From Cyanobacteria bacterium P01_A01_bin.123 (GTDB lineage: Bacteria; Cyanobacteriota; Cyanobacteriia; Phormidesmidales; Phormidesmidaceae), in assembly GCA_039815185.1 (NCBI GenBank), contig JBCBZT010000053.1:1-51509 (forward strand): 51,509 bases of DNA. Reading direction: 5' to 3'. Position numbers and translations under genes: made by a program. Below, piece by piece: positions 41,899-51,509 of this stretch. The stretch's first letter is position 1. Each line of letters begins with the position of its first letter. The notes beneath the pieces were generated by a model, which worked only from the letters and a program-made list of their open reading frames with translations, had not been told where the DNA came from and made no database searches.

Positions 41899-42492
41899 AT
41901 GATTTCTTTTGCTGCTACCCAGTCGATCCACCTGCTTGTTCCTAGTCAACCTGTTCCAATTCAGCATTACCTGCGTCAACCTCAACGACTGGTCTACGCC
42001 CTAGTTGATCAAAAGCAGGTAGAACCCTTATCTCAAGAAGTCTTTCGGCTACAGATGCGCCCATTGAAGTTCATGATGATCCACGTTCAACCTGCGGTTG
42101 ATATGGAGATCAAAGTTGACTCAACTGGCAGGGTCAAATTGCGGGCAATTAACTGTGAAATTCGGGGCAATGGCTATATCAATCAACGCTTTAGTCTGAG
42201 CCTACAGGGCGAGTTGTCACCCCACATGGTGGCCCAAAAAACTTATCTCAAAGGCAGAGCGGATTTGACTGTTGCAGTTGAGTTACCGCCTATTTTTCGG
42301 CTAACCCCTAAACCGTTATTGGAGGCAACGGGCAATGGCCTGCTGCACAGCGTGTTATTAACCATCAAACAACGCTTGGTGCGACAGCTCTTGGCCGACT
42401 ATGAAGCCTGGATCCAGAGTGACGACGTTAATAATTTACCGATACGGTTCCCGAGGGGACGACAAAGCCGCACACACGCTGGTCTTCACTAG
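41899..42492 (+). CDS. DUF1997 family protein
   Basis: IQHYLRQPQRLV and LEATGNGLL motifs. Conserved position between pheA and rnhB. Confidence 0.8.
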   Translation: MISFAATQSIHLLVPSQPVPIQHYLRQPQRLVYALVDQKQVEPLSQEVFRLQMRPLKFMMIHVQPAVDMEIKVDSTGRVKLRAINCEIRGNGYINQRFSLSLQGELSPHMVAQKTYLKGRADLTVAVELPPIFRLTPKPLLEATGNGLLHSVLLTIKQRLVRQLLADYEAWIQSDDVNNLPIRFPRGRQSRTHAGLH

Positions 42493-42522
42493 TCCCACCA
42501 TGCCTCTAATATTTTCTAATGT

Positions 42523-43158
42523 TTAACGCCTAACTTGACAGGGTTTGAAAGACTTTCGGTGCTGTCGGGTGGAACCAAGCTGAATCAGTGCTGCCCGATG
42601 TTTGGCGCTGCCATAGCCTTTGTTAGAAGCCAAGTCATACCCTGGATACCGCTGGGCAAGGCGGACAATTAAGCGATCGCGCCATACCTTGGCTACAATA
42701 CTTGCCGCCGCAATCACAAACGATTTTTGATCGCCTTTCACCAAAGTTTGTTGGGTTATTGATAGATTGGGGACAGTCTGATTGCCGTCAACCAGACAAA
42801 GTTTTGGCTGAGGATCAAGACTCACAATGGCCCGTTTCATAGCCAATAAAGAGGCTTGCAAGATGTTTAAGCGATCGATTTCTGGCACAGTCCCCAGGGC
42901 AATTTTACAATCTGTAGCCAGAGTCAGGATTTGGTCAAACAACAACTCTCGCTGGCGGACAGAGAGCTGTTTACTATCTTTTACCCCAGCAACTTGTAAG
43001 GGTTTGAGCGCGGCTTTAGGAATAATTACTGCTGCCGCAACAACAGGGCCAAATAAAGATCCCCGCCCAACTTCATCAACCCCAGCGATATCATCAGCAC
43101 TGAGCCGTAAATCTAGTGAATCTAAGGTGACAGTTGCAGTCGAGTCAGAAATCTGCAC
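42523..43158 (-). CDS. rnhB: Ribonuclease HII
   Basis: GVDEVGRG, DSKQL, LVDGN, KGD, AAASIVAKV.RD, NKGYG, HRKSF. Confidence 0.95.
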   Translation of the reverse strand: MQISDSTATVTLDSLDLRLSADDIAGVDEVGRGSLFGPVVAAAVIIPKAALKPLQVAGVKDSKQLSVRQRELLFDQILTLATDCKIALGTVPEIDRLNILQASLLAMKRAIVSLDPQPKLCLVDGNQTVPNLSITQQTLVKGDQKSFVIAAASIVAKVWRDRLIVRLAQRYPGYDLASNKGYGSAKHRAALIQLGSTRQHRKSFKPCQVRR

Positions 43159-43177
43159 TAGCTATGATGGCCGTATC

Positions 43178-45190
43178 TTAAGTTGACGCCGACGAACGAC
43201 GGCGGCGGCGACGGCGAACCACAGAAGCATCAGAGTCTTCATCAGCATCCTCACCCTCAGGAGCTTGACTGGCTGCATCCACGCCGCTGACGCTATCGTC
43301 ACCGGGGTCAGGGATGAGATCTTCTGCCTCAGTCACAGCTGATTTGAGCCCAGAGGGTTCTGCCTTTTGAGTAACCGGTATCGATACCTGAGGATTCGTC
43401 GCTTTAGCAGCCTCTTCTCCAGGCAAGACGACGGAAACAAGGGCTGTTTTAGCATCCTTCACAGTTTGGCCAGCCAAAACTAGGGGTGAGACCCCCATCA
43501 TTGCATAAATGCGCTGTTCCGCTGGAGTCATGACCACAGCAACCTCTTCCGGGGGCTCTTGGGGTTTACGTTCCTCTCGAGCACTACTGCTACTCCGCCC
43601 TCTCACCGGTTTGGTCGAAGAGGGTTCTTTCGCAACATTGACGACCCTGGCGCCATTACTACCACTATCTGCCTCATCACCGCTATCAACATCCCGTCCT
43701 AAATCTACCCGAGGAGCATTACGAGAAGTGCCATCTGAACCGTTTTTACGGCGACGGTGACGACGATTCCCTTTCGAGCCACTGCGCTCTTGATAATTAG
43801 GATGATTCATCAGATCTAGCGCTTGCAAATCGCCGTTGGAAGTCAATTCCTCCGATGAACGCCCATCTCTTAGGGTAGGTAGCGCAGAGGTAGTAGCGGT
43901 CGGCAAGCCATACTCTCGAGGTGGATCGATCACAGCTTGCCCTGAATGAGCAGATTCTCCTGGCAGATGCACTAGATTACCCAAACCATTGCAGGTAGGA
44001 CAAGGGCGACCAAACAGCTCATAAATATTTTGGCCTTGGCGCTTGCGCGTTAATTCTACCAATCCCAATTCTGAAAGCTGAGAAATTTGAGGTCGAGCTT
44101 TATCTGAGCCCAAAGCCTTACCAAAGTTCTCCAACACCTGCATTTGATCCCGCCGGGAATCCATATCGATGAAATCAACAATAATTACCCCAGCAACATT
44201 TCGTAACCTTAATTGGCGGGCAATTTCCGCTGCCGCTTCGCAGTTCGTCCACAGGACAGTTTCGCGAGCCGTGGCCGATCGGGTAAATGATCCAGAATTA
44301 ACATCAATAACCGTTAGCGCCTCTGTGGGTTCGATAATAATGTATCCCCCAGAGGGCAAGTCTACCCGAGGTTTGAGTGCTTCGCGAATAGCCGCATTCA
44401 CCCGAAAAAACTCTAGGATTGGCGTGCGATCACGATGGTGATCAATTAACACCCCTTGGGGAGCCTTACCACCACTCCAAGCAGACAAATGCTGTTTAAC
44501 CCGCTTTAACCCAGTGTGCGAATCAGTCACAATGCGGTTAACATCGGCACTGTAAACATCTCGTAAAACCCGCTGAATAAAGTCATCATCACGGTTTAGC
44601 AACGCTGGCGGACGAGTTGACATCGCCTCCTGCTGGACATTTTCCCACTGTCGCTGGAGTGCCTCTAGGTCTTCAATGATGGCTTCTTCAGGCACTCCCT
44701 CAGCTTCGGTACGCACCAGAAGGCCCATCCCTGCAGGTTTAACTAAAATCGCCAAAGCCCTCAACCGATGACGCTCGTTCTCGCTCCGGATCCGGCGTGA
44801 CAAATTTACCCCTCGGCCATAAGGCATCAGCACCAAGTAACGACCCGGTAGGGTTACATTTCCTGTCAACCTCGGGCCTTTGTTACCCGTAGGCTCCTTC
44901 ATAATTTGCACCAGCACTTTTTGCTGGGGTGCCAGGAGCTCGGTAATCGATCCAGCGGAACGTCTAAGCCGCAATGGCCCTAAATCGGTGACGTGCATAA
45001 AGCCATTGCGTTCACTGTCGCCAATATTGACAAATGCTGCGTCAATACCGGAAAGAACGTTTTCGACAGTACCCACATAAACATCGCCAACCTGGTGGCT
45101 ACCAGTTGCGACAATGAGCTCTTGAATCTGATCTTCTGAAAAAACCGCTGCGATTCGGTGCTGTTCAGCAATAATGATTTGCTTTGGCAT
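43178..45190 (-). CDS. rne: Ribonuclease E
   Basis: S1 domain, IDVNSG, IVDFIDM, CPTC Zn-link, C-terminal RRRRRRSSA motif typical of cyanobacterial RNase E. Confidence 0.96.
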   Translation of the reverse strand: MPKQIIIAEQHRIAAVFSEDQIQELIVATGSHQVGDVYVGTVENVLSGIDAAFVNIGDSERNGFMHVTDLGPLRLRRSAGSITELLAPQQKVLVQIMKEPTGNKGPRLTGNVTLPGRYLVLMPYGRGVNLSRRIRSENERHRLRALAILVKPAGMGLLVRTEAEGVPEEAIIEDLEALQRQWENVQQEAMSTRPPALLNRDDDFIQRVLRDVYSADVNRIVTDSHTGLKRVKQHLSAWSGGKAPQGVLIDHHRDRTPILEFFRVNAAIREALKPRVDLPSGGYIIIEPTEALTVIDVNSGSFTRSATARETVLWTNCEAAAEIARQLRLRNVAGVIIVDFIDMDSRRDQMQVLENFGKALGSDKARPQISQLSELGLVELTRKRQGQNIYELFGRPCPTCNGLGNLVHLPGESAHSGQAVIDPPREYGLPTATTSALPTLRDGRSSEELTSNGDLQALDLMNHPNYQERSGSKGNRRHRRRKNGSDGTSRNAPRVDLGRDVDSGDEADSGSNGARVVNVAKEPSSTKPVRGRSSSSAREERKPQEPPEEVAVVMTPAEQRIYAMMGVSPLVLAGQTVKDAKTALVSVVLPGEEAAKATNPQVSIPVTQKAEPSGLKSAVTEAEDLIPDPGDDSVSGVDAASQAPEGEDADEDSDASVVRRRRRRRSSAST

Positions 45191-45679
45191 TCAATTTCCT
45201 CAAATACTGTGACCAGAAACGCGGCTGAACTTACCAACAGCACAACATGTCTGGGAAAAAAGCGAGCATCAATATAGGAAGGGTAGCCTTAACTACGCCG
45301 ACATATCCCTAGAAGCAACCATCAACGGACACCCACGAAGATTTGGGCCTGAGTAGCGATTCAATTGAACTTGAGCGAACCCTTAAAGAACCGTATCGAA
45401 CCCCAGGTAATTGCCTGAGACCACGCAACATTTGCCAAAATTGAGAAAATTCTGACAGAAGCAGCCTAACAGTCCATTCGTCTCTGTTCCTTCGATCGCC
45501 GATAGCCAGTCCTAAAAAGACTACGCGATAGCTTCTGTTGAGCAGATTATAACGCCCTGTCTGGCATAGAAGCTATGAGCTTGGCTAATTTCTAGCACAA
45601 CTTGCCCAAAAAGGCACTAATTGAGTTGGATGAAATCAACCCTGCTGTTGAGTTTTAGGGGATAAATCCAAATCATGAA

Positions 45680-45717
45680 TAAACGTAAAGCAGGTTTCGC
45701 CACCTGACCAAACCTGC
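45680..45717 (-). terminator. Terminator after rnj
   Basis: Minus-strand 8-bp stem GCAGGTTT...AAACCTGC followed by TTTACGTTTA. Confidence 0.55.
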
Positions 45718-45738
45718 CCCTGATGATATACCTGTTGC

Positions 45739-47505
45739 CTATTTCACAGCACCTGACAAGGCAACACCTTTGGCAATCTTTGGCGATGCAGTCTCAGCCC
45801 CCGCTTGTTGGAGCAATACCACAATCAACGGTTGCCGTTTGGGCAACTCGCGCCGCAAAAAGCGTCTCAATTCCGCTTCAATTTGACTCCGCAACTCTTC
45901 CCAATCGACCCGGGGAGCAGTGCCATTATCCGCACGTGAAACAGACGCCCAGCGCTGATCAACAATCGTTTCTAACTCGCGTCGGATTGAAGCTTCGAGC
46001 CGTTTTGGATCGCTAGAGACCACAACACCGAGGAGCTGAACCGCAGGTTGGGTGATGAGTTGACCTTGGTGATCTAAGGCGATCGCAACGTTGACAATCC
46101 CATCTGCAGCCAATTGTTGCCTTTCACGCAAAGTATTGCGATTCACCACACCATTGCGAGACGAATCTACCAGTTCAATACCGGAGGGCACTTTTCCAGC
46201 TACGCGAATTGCGGATTCAGAGACTTCAACTACATCACCGTTTTGGATAATCACCATATTCTCTTCTGGAATTCCCATACCCTGAGCCGTTTCAGCGTGG
46301 CGTACCAGCATACGATGTTCCCCATGCACAGGCAAAAAGAACTTGGGTCGAGTTAAGGCCAACATTAGCTTTTGGTCTTCCTGGGCACCGTGGCCTGACA
46401 CGTGAATGCCTTTGTTACGACCGTAGATCACAGTCGCACCCTGCATCATCAATTTGTCGATAGTGTTAACGACCGCAATGGTATTGCCTGGAATAGGATT
46501 AGCCGAAAATACCACCGTGTCGCCTTGGCGGATTTTAATATTGCGGTGGGCCCCATTCGCGATCCGGGTCAAGGCTGCCATCGGTTCCCCTTGAGACCCG
46601 GTGGTCAAAATCAAAACTTTGTGGTCAGGCCAATGATGCAGTGCTTTGAGCGGTTGGAAGATGTCATCCTCACATTTGATATAGCCCAGTTCGCGGGCGT
46701 GGGCGATCACGTTTAACATTGAACGCCCAACAACAAACACAGCACGATTGTGCTTTTTCGCCAGGTCTAAAATCATGTTGACCCGGTGCACTGAAGAGGC
46801 AAAGGTCGTGACCAGCAGTCGCCCATCCACTTGGGCAAAGGTTCGATCAAGATTGGGATACACCGAACGCTCGGAGGGAGTATGCCCCGGTACCTCAGCG
46901 TTAGTTGAGTCACTAATTAAACAGAGCACCCCCTTCTCGCCGTGCTCCGCAAGTTTCTGGAGATCAAAGAATTCGCCATCGACCGGGGTGTGATCAATCT
47001 TAAAATCTCCCGTGTGGATCACTACACCTAGGGAGGTATGGATCGCCACTGTAAAGCTGTCGGCAATGGAGTGGGTGTTGCGGATGTACTCCACAATGAA
47101 GGATTTGCCGATACGAACCATCTCCCGTGGACGAACGGTACGCAATTCGGTGCGATCGCTGACCCCGGCCTCTTCCAGTTTATTACTCAGCAAGGCCATA
47201 GCCAATCGGGGGCCATAGATGACCGGAATGTCAAATTGTTTTAGGTGAAAGGCAATGCCCCCAATATGGTCTTCGTGACCGTGGGTAACAATCATGCCCT
47301 TGATTTTGTGCCGATTTTCCCGCAGATAAGTAACATCGGGCAGCACAATATTTACCCCGTGCATATCATCTGAGGGAAAAGCAATACCTGCATCCAGCAA
47401 CATAATCTCATCGTTCATTTCGAAGACGCAGGTATTCTTCCCAATTTCATGCAGTCCCCCTAGGGGAATCACCTTAAGGGCAGGGGTTGATTTGGATTGA
47501 CTCAT
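45739..47505 (-). CDS. rnj: Ribonuclease J
   Basis: PLGGLHEIGKN, THGHEDHIG, HTGDFK, GSQGEP, HVSGH, PVHGE. AAGGA precedes ATG 47505. Confidence 0.96.
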   Translation of the reverse strand: MSQSKSTPALKVIPLGGLHEIGKNTCVFEMNDEIMLLDAGIAFPSDDMHGVNIVLPDVTYLRENRHKIKGMIVTHGHEDHIGGIAFHLKQFDIPVIYGPRLAMALLSNKLEEAGVSDRTELRTVRPREMVRIGKSFIVEYIRNTHSIADSFTVAIHTSLGVVIHTGDFKIDHTPVDGEFFDLQKLAEHGEKGVLCLISDSTNAEVPGHTPSERSVYPNLDRTFAQVDGRLLVTTFASSVHRVNMILDLAKKHNRAVFVVGRSMLNVIAHARELGYIKCEDDIFQPLKALHHWPDHKVLILTTGSQGEPMAALTRIANGAHRNIKIRQGDTVVFSANPIPGNTIAVVNTIDKLMMQGATVIYGRNKGIHVSGHGAQEDQKLMLALTRPKFFLPVHGEHRMLVRHAETAQGMGIPEENMVIIQNGDVVEVSESAIRVAGKVPSGIELVDSSRNGVVNRNTLRERQQLAADGIVNVAIALDHQGQLITQPAVQLLGVVVSSDPKRLEASIRRELETIVDQRWASVSRADNGTAPRVDWEELRSQIEAELRRFLRRELPKRQPLIVVLLQQAGAETASPKIAKGVALSGAVK

Positions 47506-47888
47506 AAATATCCTTGAGTTCATTAAGCGTGATCAGTAAAGAAAAATTGACGGGTAATAAAACGGTTGCGTCGGGACTAGATTGAACTGCAAGTCTCTAT
47601 TGCCCATAGTTTTCAAGTCGAGCGTTATCCAATCTTTAACGCGTGTTGCCAAGGGTTTAAGAGAAAGTCTGTCAGCAGACTCACATTGACACCATTGGTG
47701 ATCTAAAAACGAATGAACAGAAAACTAAAACTTCAAAACCATATTCAATTGTAAAGAAACCTAAATTTGTCCCAGTTCAAAAGCACAATTGCACCTTGAG
47801 AAAATTTTGCCCGAGGAACATGGGCTGGAATACCGTGAACCAAGTCTGCATAACTTAGGGTCGTACCGCCACCGCTGACGCTCATTGA

Positions 47889-48794
47889 CTAAACAGTCAC
47901 AGGCAGTAAATCAAGCGTTTCTAAGACAGTGCTTAAGGTTTGGCGCAAATCGTGTAAATCTTCTGTGGTACACCACAACGGTAGACGTGACGCCCCAACT
48001 TGCCAACCTTGAAGCCCTAGAGCAACCTTCACAGGAATCGGGTTGGCGGTCAGAAATAGCGCCTTAAATAATGGCAACAGTCTTAGGTGAAGTTGAGTAG
48101 CTGTTTTCACTTGACCCTGCTCAAAGGCCACAACCATCTGCTGAAGCAAGTCACCCACCAAATGGCTGGCAACGCTAACGACGCCTGTTCCACCAACGGA
48201 CAGAAGCGGGAGCGTTAGGGAATCATCCCCAGAGTAGATGGCAAAATCAGGTGATGCTAGGCGGCGAATTTGACTCACCTGGTCAAGGTTCCCACTGGCC
48301 TCTTTAATAGCAACAATATTGTCAATTTCGGATAACCGCACGACGGTTTCAGCCATCAGATTTTGACCCGTACGTCCAGGAATGTTATACAGCATCATTG
48401 GTAAATCAGGCACTGCCGATGCAATTGCCTTGAAATGCTCATACAACCCAGCTTGAGGCGGCTTGTTGTAGTATGGCACGACCTGTAGCGAGCCTGCCAG
48501 TCCTAGATGACTGGCTTTGTAGGTAGCTGCGATCGCTTCTTGAGTAGAGTTAGAGCCTGTGCCCGCGATGATGTGAGCTTTGCCGGCGACGGCTTGCTGC
48601 ACTACCTGAAACAGCTGATACTCCTCATCCCAAGTTAGTGTAGGGGATTCACCTGTGGTGCCACAGACTACTAAGGTATCACTCCCGTGGTCAACTAGAT
48701 AGGCTGCAAGCTTTTCAGCAACCGCGTAATCAACATCGCCATCCTGATTAAACGGCGTCACCATCGCTGTCAACACTCGGCCAAATTTCACCAC
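47889..48794 (-). CDS. dapA: 4-hydroxy-tetrahydrodipicolinate synthase
   Basis: [28 protein letters not shown]. Confidence 0.97.
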   Translation of the reverse strand: MVKFGRVLTAMVTPFNQDGDVDYAVAEKLAAYLVDHGSDTLVVCGTTGESPTLTWDEEYQLFQVVQQAVAGKAHIIAGTGSNSTQEAIAATYKASHLGLAGSLQVVPYYNKPPQAGLYEHFKAIASAVPDLPMMLYNIPGRTGQNLMAETVVRLSEIDNIVAIKEASGNLDQVSQIRRLASPDFAIYSGDDSLTLPLLSVGGTGVVSVASHLVGDLLQQMVVAFEQGQVKTATQLHLRLLPLFKALFLTANPIPVKVALGLQGWQVGASRLPLWCTTEDLHDLRQTLSTVLETLDLLPVTV

Positions 48795-48969
48795 AGAATA
48801 TCTACTCCTTCACACAAAATTCTAACGCCTGAATCTACCAGTCAGTCACAACCCAAATGACAACGCTGGGTTACAAGGGCAAATCCACAGGGGCAAAGTG
48901 CTTGGATAGTTGAGTAAAACAGGCACGGAACCCAAATATCCTAACTACCTCAATCGTAACCGACGTTGC

Positions 48970-50004
48970 TCAAACCAAGCTCGGCAAAGCCAACCAGCGG
49001 TTAGCCATCAACAGCTCAGCAATTTGCACCGCATTCAGGGCAGCACCTTTACGAATTTGATCACCGCTAAGCCAAAGCTCCAACCCAGCCGGATTAGAAA
49101 TATCCTGACGAATACGCCCGACCAACACATCATCTTGGCCGCTAGCATCCATCGGCATCGGGAAGTAATTCGCACTCCAGTCTTCAATCAACTTTATCCC
49201 TGGAGCCTGAGCTAAAATCTGTCGCGCCTGAACGACATCAAAGGACTGCTCAAATTCCAGATTAACGGCTTCGGAATGAGCCCGCAAAACGGGTACCCGA
49301 ACACAGGTCGCCGTGATCCTAATCTCAGGGGCAGAAAAGATCTTGCGGGTCTCATTGACCATTTTCATCTCTTCTTCGCAGTAACCTTGGTCATTCAGCT
49401 TGGAATTGTGGGGAAACAGATTGAATGCTAAGGGATACGGCAAAATTTCAGCCTGGGGAGTATCTCCCTGAAGAATTGCTTGAGTTTGCTGCAACACCTC
49501 ATCCATCGCCCTGGCTCCAGCTCCACTGGCAGATTGGTAAGTTGACACCACAATCCGCTGAACAGGTTGCCACTGATGCAAAGGCCAAACAGCCAAACTC
49601 ATCAAAATCGTGGTGCAGTTGGGGTTAGCAATGATTCCATTGTGGTGTCTCGCAGCCTCGGCATTGACTTCGGGAACCACCAAGGGAACTTTGGGATTCA
49701 TGCGAAATGCACTGGAGTTATCGATCACAACTGCCCCAGCCTGTACAGCTTTGGGAGCCCACTCCCGAGAAATACTCCCCCCAGCCGAAGCCAGCACGAG
49801 ATCGATATCGTCGAAGGCGCGATCGCTCAACGCCTCTACTGTCAACGTATCGCCGCCAAACGACACTGTCTTACCAACTGAGCGTGACGAGGCCAACAGC
49901 TTCAAACTTGCTAACGGAAATTTCCGACTCTCTAGAAGCGATAGGAGCTCGGTTCCGACAGCCCCTGTCGCCCCCAAAATGGCAACGCGAAGATTTTCGG
50001 TCAA
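48970..50004 (-). CDS. asd: Aspartate-semialdehyde dehydrogenase
   Basis: GATGAVG, DNSSAFRM, NPNCTT, STYQSASGAG, RKGAALNAVQIAE. GGAGG precedes TTG 50004. Confidence 0.97.
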   Translation of the reverse strand: MTENLRVAILGATGAVGTELLSLLESRKFPLASLKLLASSRSVGKTVSFGGDTLTVEALSDRAFDDIDLVLASAGGSISREWAPKAVQAGAVVIDNSSAFRMNPKVPLVVPEVNAEAARHHNGIIANPNCTTILMSLAVWPLHQWQPVQRIVVSTYQSASGAGARAMDEVLQQTQAILQGDTPQAEILPYPLAFNLFPHNSKLNDQGYCEEEMKMVNETRKIFSAPEIRITATCVRVPVLRAHSEAVNLEFEQSFDVVQARQILAQAPGIKLIEDWSANYFPMPMDASGQDDVLVGRIRQDISNPAGLELWLSGDQIRKGAALNAVQIAELLMANRWLALPSLV

Positions 50005-50396
50005 TTTACGATATCCTCCCAAATAATTTTTATCGTTTTATCGTTTGATGATCTTTAAAGGACGTTTTTTAGAGAGCTATCTAGACTTAATCTGAGGCTT
50101 AAATGCACGATTTAAGGTTTATTGTGCCGATCTTAGTAGATTTTATAGATTTCTATTGTAAAGCTTGGGCAAGTCCTGCTGTCGCCTTTGTGCAAAACCC
50201 ACACGTTACTTTAAGGTCATCCATATTTGAAAATCACTCTTGCCCAAAATATCCCGCCCAAGTCAACCCTGACTTATCCGGGTCGGTAATCTGGGTTAAA
50301 CCCTTTCCTCAACATAGCCAATTACGGCTAGAATAGTAGGCCGCTGCTCCGCCAGGTTGGGGTGCCAAGATTGCTGACATTTGTAGAAACTCACCC

Positions 50397-51509
50397 ATGA
50401 AAGTTACCCAGGAATTCCTCCCCGACAGTCAAGTCGGACTAGAAATTGAAGTTAGCTCTGACGTCACCCAAAAAACCTACGATCAGGTGGTGCGTAAGTT
50501 CATGCGGACTGCCAATATTCCAGGTTTTCGTAAGGGTAAGGTGCCACCTCAGGTGTTGATTCAGCGTTTTGGCCGGACCCAATTGAAAGCAGCTGCTTTA
50601 GAAGAGTTGGTGCAAAACACCATTGACCAGGCAATCAAGCAAGAAGAAATTGACGCCATCGGCAATTACCAACTCAAAAGCTCCTTTGAAGAACTTGTCG
50701 AGCAGTATGAACCCGGGCAAGCTTTAACCATCTCTGCCACGGTAGATGTCCCCCCTCGGGTTACCCTCAAGACTTACAAAGAGCTAACCGTTCAAGCCGA
50801 GGAAGTTGAATACGACCCCAGCAAAGTAGATGATGTTTTGGCTGACTATCAGCAAAACTTGGCAACCCTAGTGCCCGTTGAAGATCAGCCCGCCAAGGCG
50901 GGGGATATTGCCGTCGTCGATTTTGTTGGCAAACTGACAAAGGATGGAGAAGAACCAGAAGAGTTTCCTGGGGGAAGCGCCACCGATTTTCAAATTGAAA
51001 TTGAACCTGGACGCTTCATTGAAGGGTTCGTTGAAGGCATTATCGGCATGGCACTGGAAACGACCCAAGATTTATCCCTTGAGTTTCCTGAGGATTATCC
51101 CCAAGCAGACCTCGCAGGGAAGCCCGTCGTCTTTACCATCACACTCAAAGAGCTCAAAGAGAAAGAGCTGCCTGACCTGGACGATGAGTTTGCCCAAGAA
51201 GTCAGCGAATTTGAAACCCTAGAAGAACTTACAGCCTCCCTTGAAAAGCGCTTCACTGAAGAAGCTGAGACCCAAACCAAAGCCAACCGTGATGCAGCTT
51301 TGCTTGACGCCCTAGTCGAGAATCTAGAGGCCGAGCTACCGCTGACCCTAGTCCAGCGGGAAGTAGACCATCTCGTCACGCAAACCGCGATTCAACTGGG
51401 CAACCAAGGGCTTGATATCAAGAAATTCTTGACCCAAGAGATCGTTAACAACATGCGAGAACGGGCTAAACCGGATGCCGTCTCCCGCCTTGAGCGTACC
51501 CTAGCCCTG
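50397..51509 (+). CDS. tig: Trigger factor (truncated by window end; missing from the ORF track)
   Basis: From ATG 50397: MKVTQEFLPDSQVGLEIEV...ANIPGFRKGKVP...VVDFVG...RFIEGFVEGIIGM...LPDLDDEFAQE. No stop before the window end. Confidence 0.97.
   Translation, partial: MKVTQEFLPDSQVGLEIEVSSDVTQKTYDQVVRKFMRTANIPGFRKGKVPPQVLIQRFGRTQLKAAALEELVQNTIDQAIKQEEIDAIGNYQLKSSFEELVEQYEPGQALTISATVDVPPRVTLKTYKELTVQAEEVEYDPSKVDDVLADYQQNLATLVPVEDQPAKAGDIAVVDFVGKLTKDGEEPEEFPGGSATDFQIEIEPGRFIEGFVEGIIGMALETTQDLSLEFPEDYPQADLAGKPVVFTITLKELKEKELPDLDDEFAQEVSEFETLEELTASLEKRFTEEAETQTKANRDAALLDALVENLEAELPLTLVQREVDHLVTQTAIQLGNQGLDIKKFLTQEIVNNMRERAKPDAVSRLERTLAL

Noticed and set aside
50868..51379. Three ORF-track entries at the right edge
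   Set aside because: Alternative frames of tig, which the track omitted because it has no stop inside the window.
1..51509. CRISPR array, tRNA/rRNA, integron integrase or attC array, defence systems
   Set aside because: No regularly spaced direct repeats, cloverleafs, tyrosine recombinase or defence-gene motifs were seen.

Overview
Chromosomal window of a filamentous cyanobacterium (Leptolyngbya/Nodosilinea-like by gene content; the HIP1 octamer GCGATCGC is abundant). The left edge (1-136, minus strand) is the 5' end of a class IIC group II intron, preceded by TTGT, the target motif of attC-type IIC introns. It sits antisense inside a flavin-dependent L-amino-acid/amine oxidase gene, whose frame resumes at 138. 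An accessory region follows (about 1-26 kb): secreted Rid protein, NCS2 purine permease, a complete ggt/agl-like alpha-glucoside ABC operon with a GH13 hydrolase, a 1982-aa Ser/Thr-kinase/AAA/GAF/His-kinase hybrid, a PPC-YfaP exported protein, nitroreductase, KirBac channel, a second Cys-less phosphoribulokinase, an HExxH membrane protein, a VUT transporter and a 4-GAF cyanobacteriochrome His kinase. The right half is core genome: glsF, phosphodiester glycosidase, cupin, hesB, rpsL-rpsG-fusA-tuf-rpsJ, Lon-N, pheA, DUF1997, rnhB-rne, rnj-dapA-asd and truncated tig. I found no rRNA, tRNA or CRISPR array. All family assignments come from motif recognition, not database searches.
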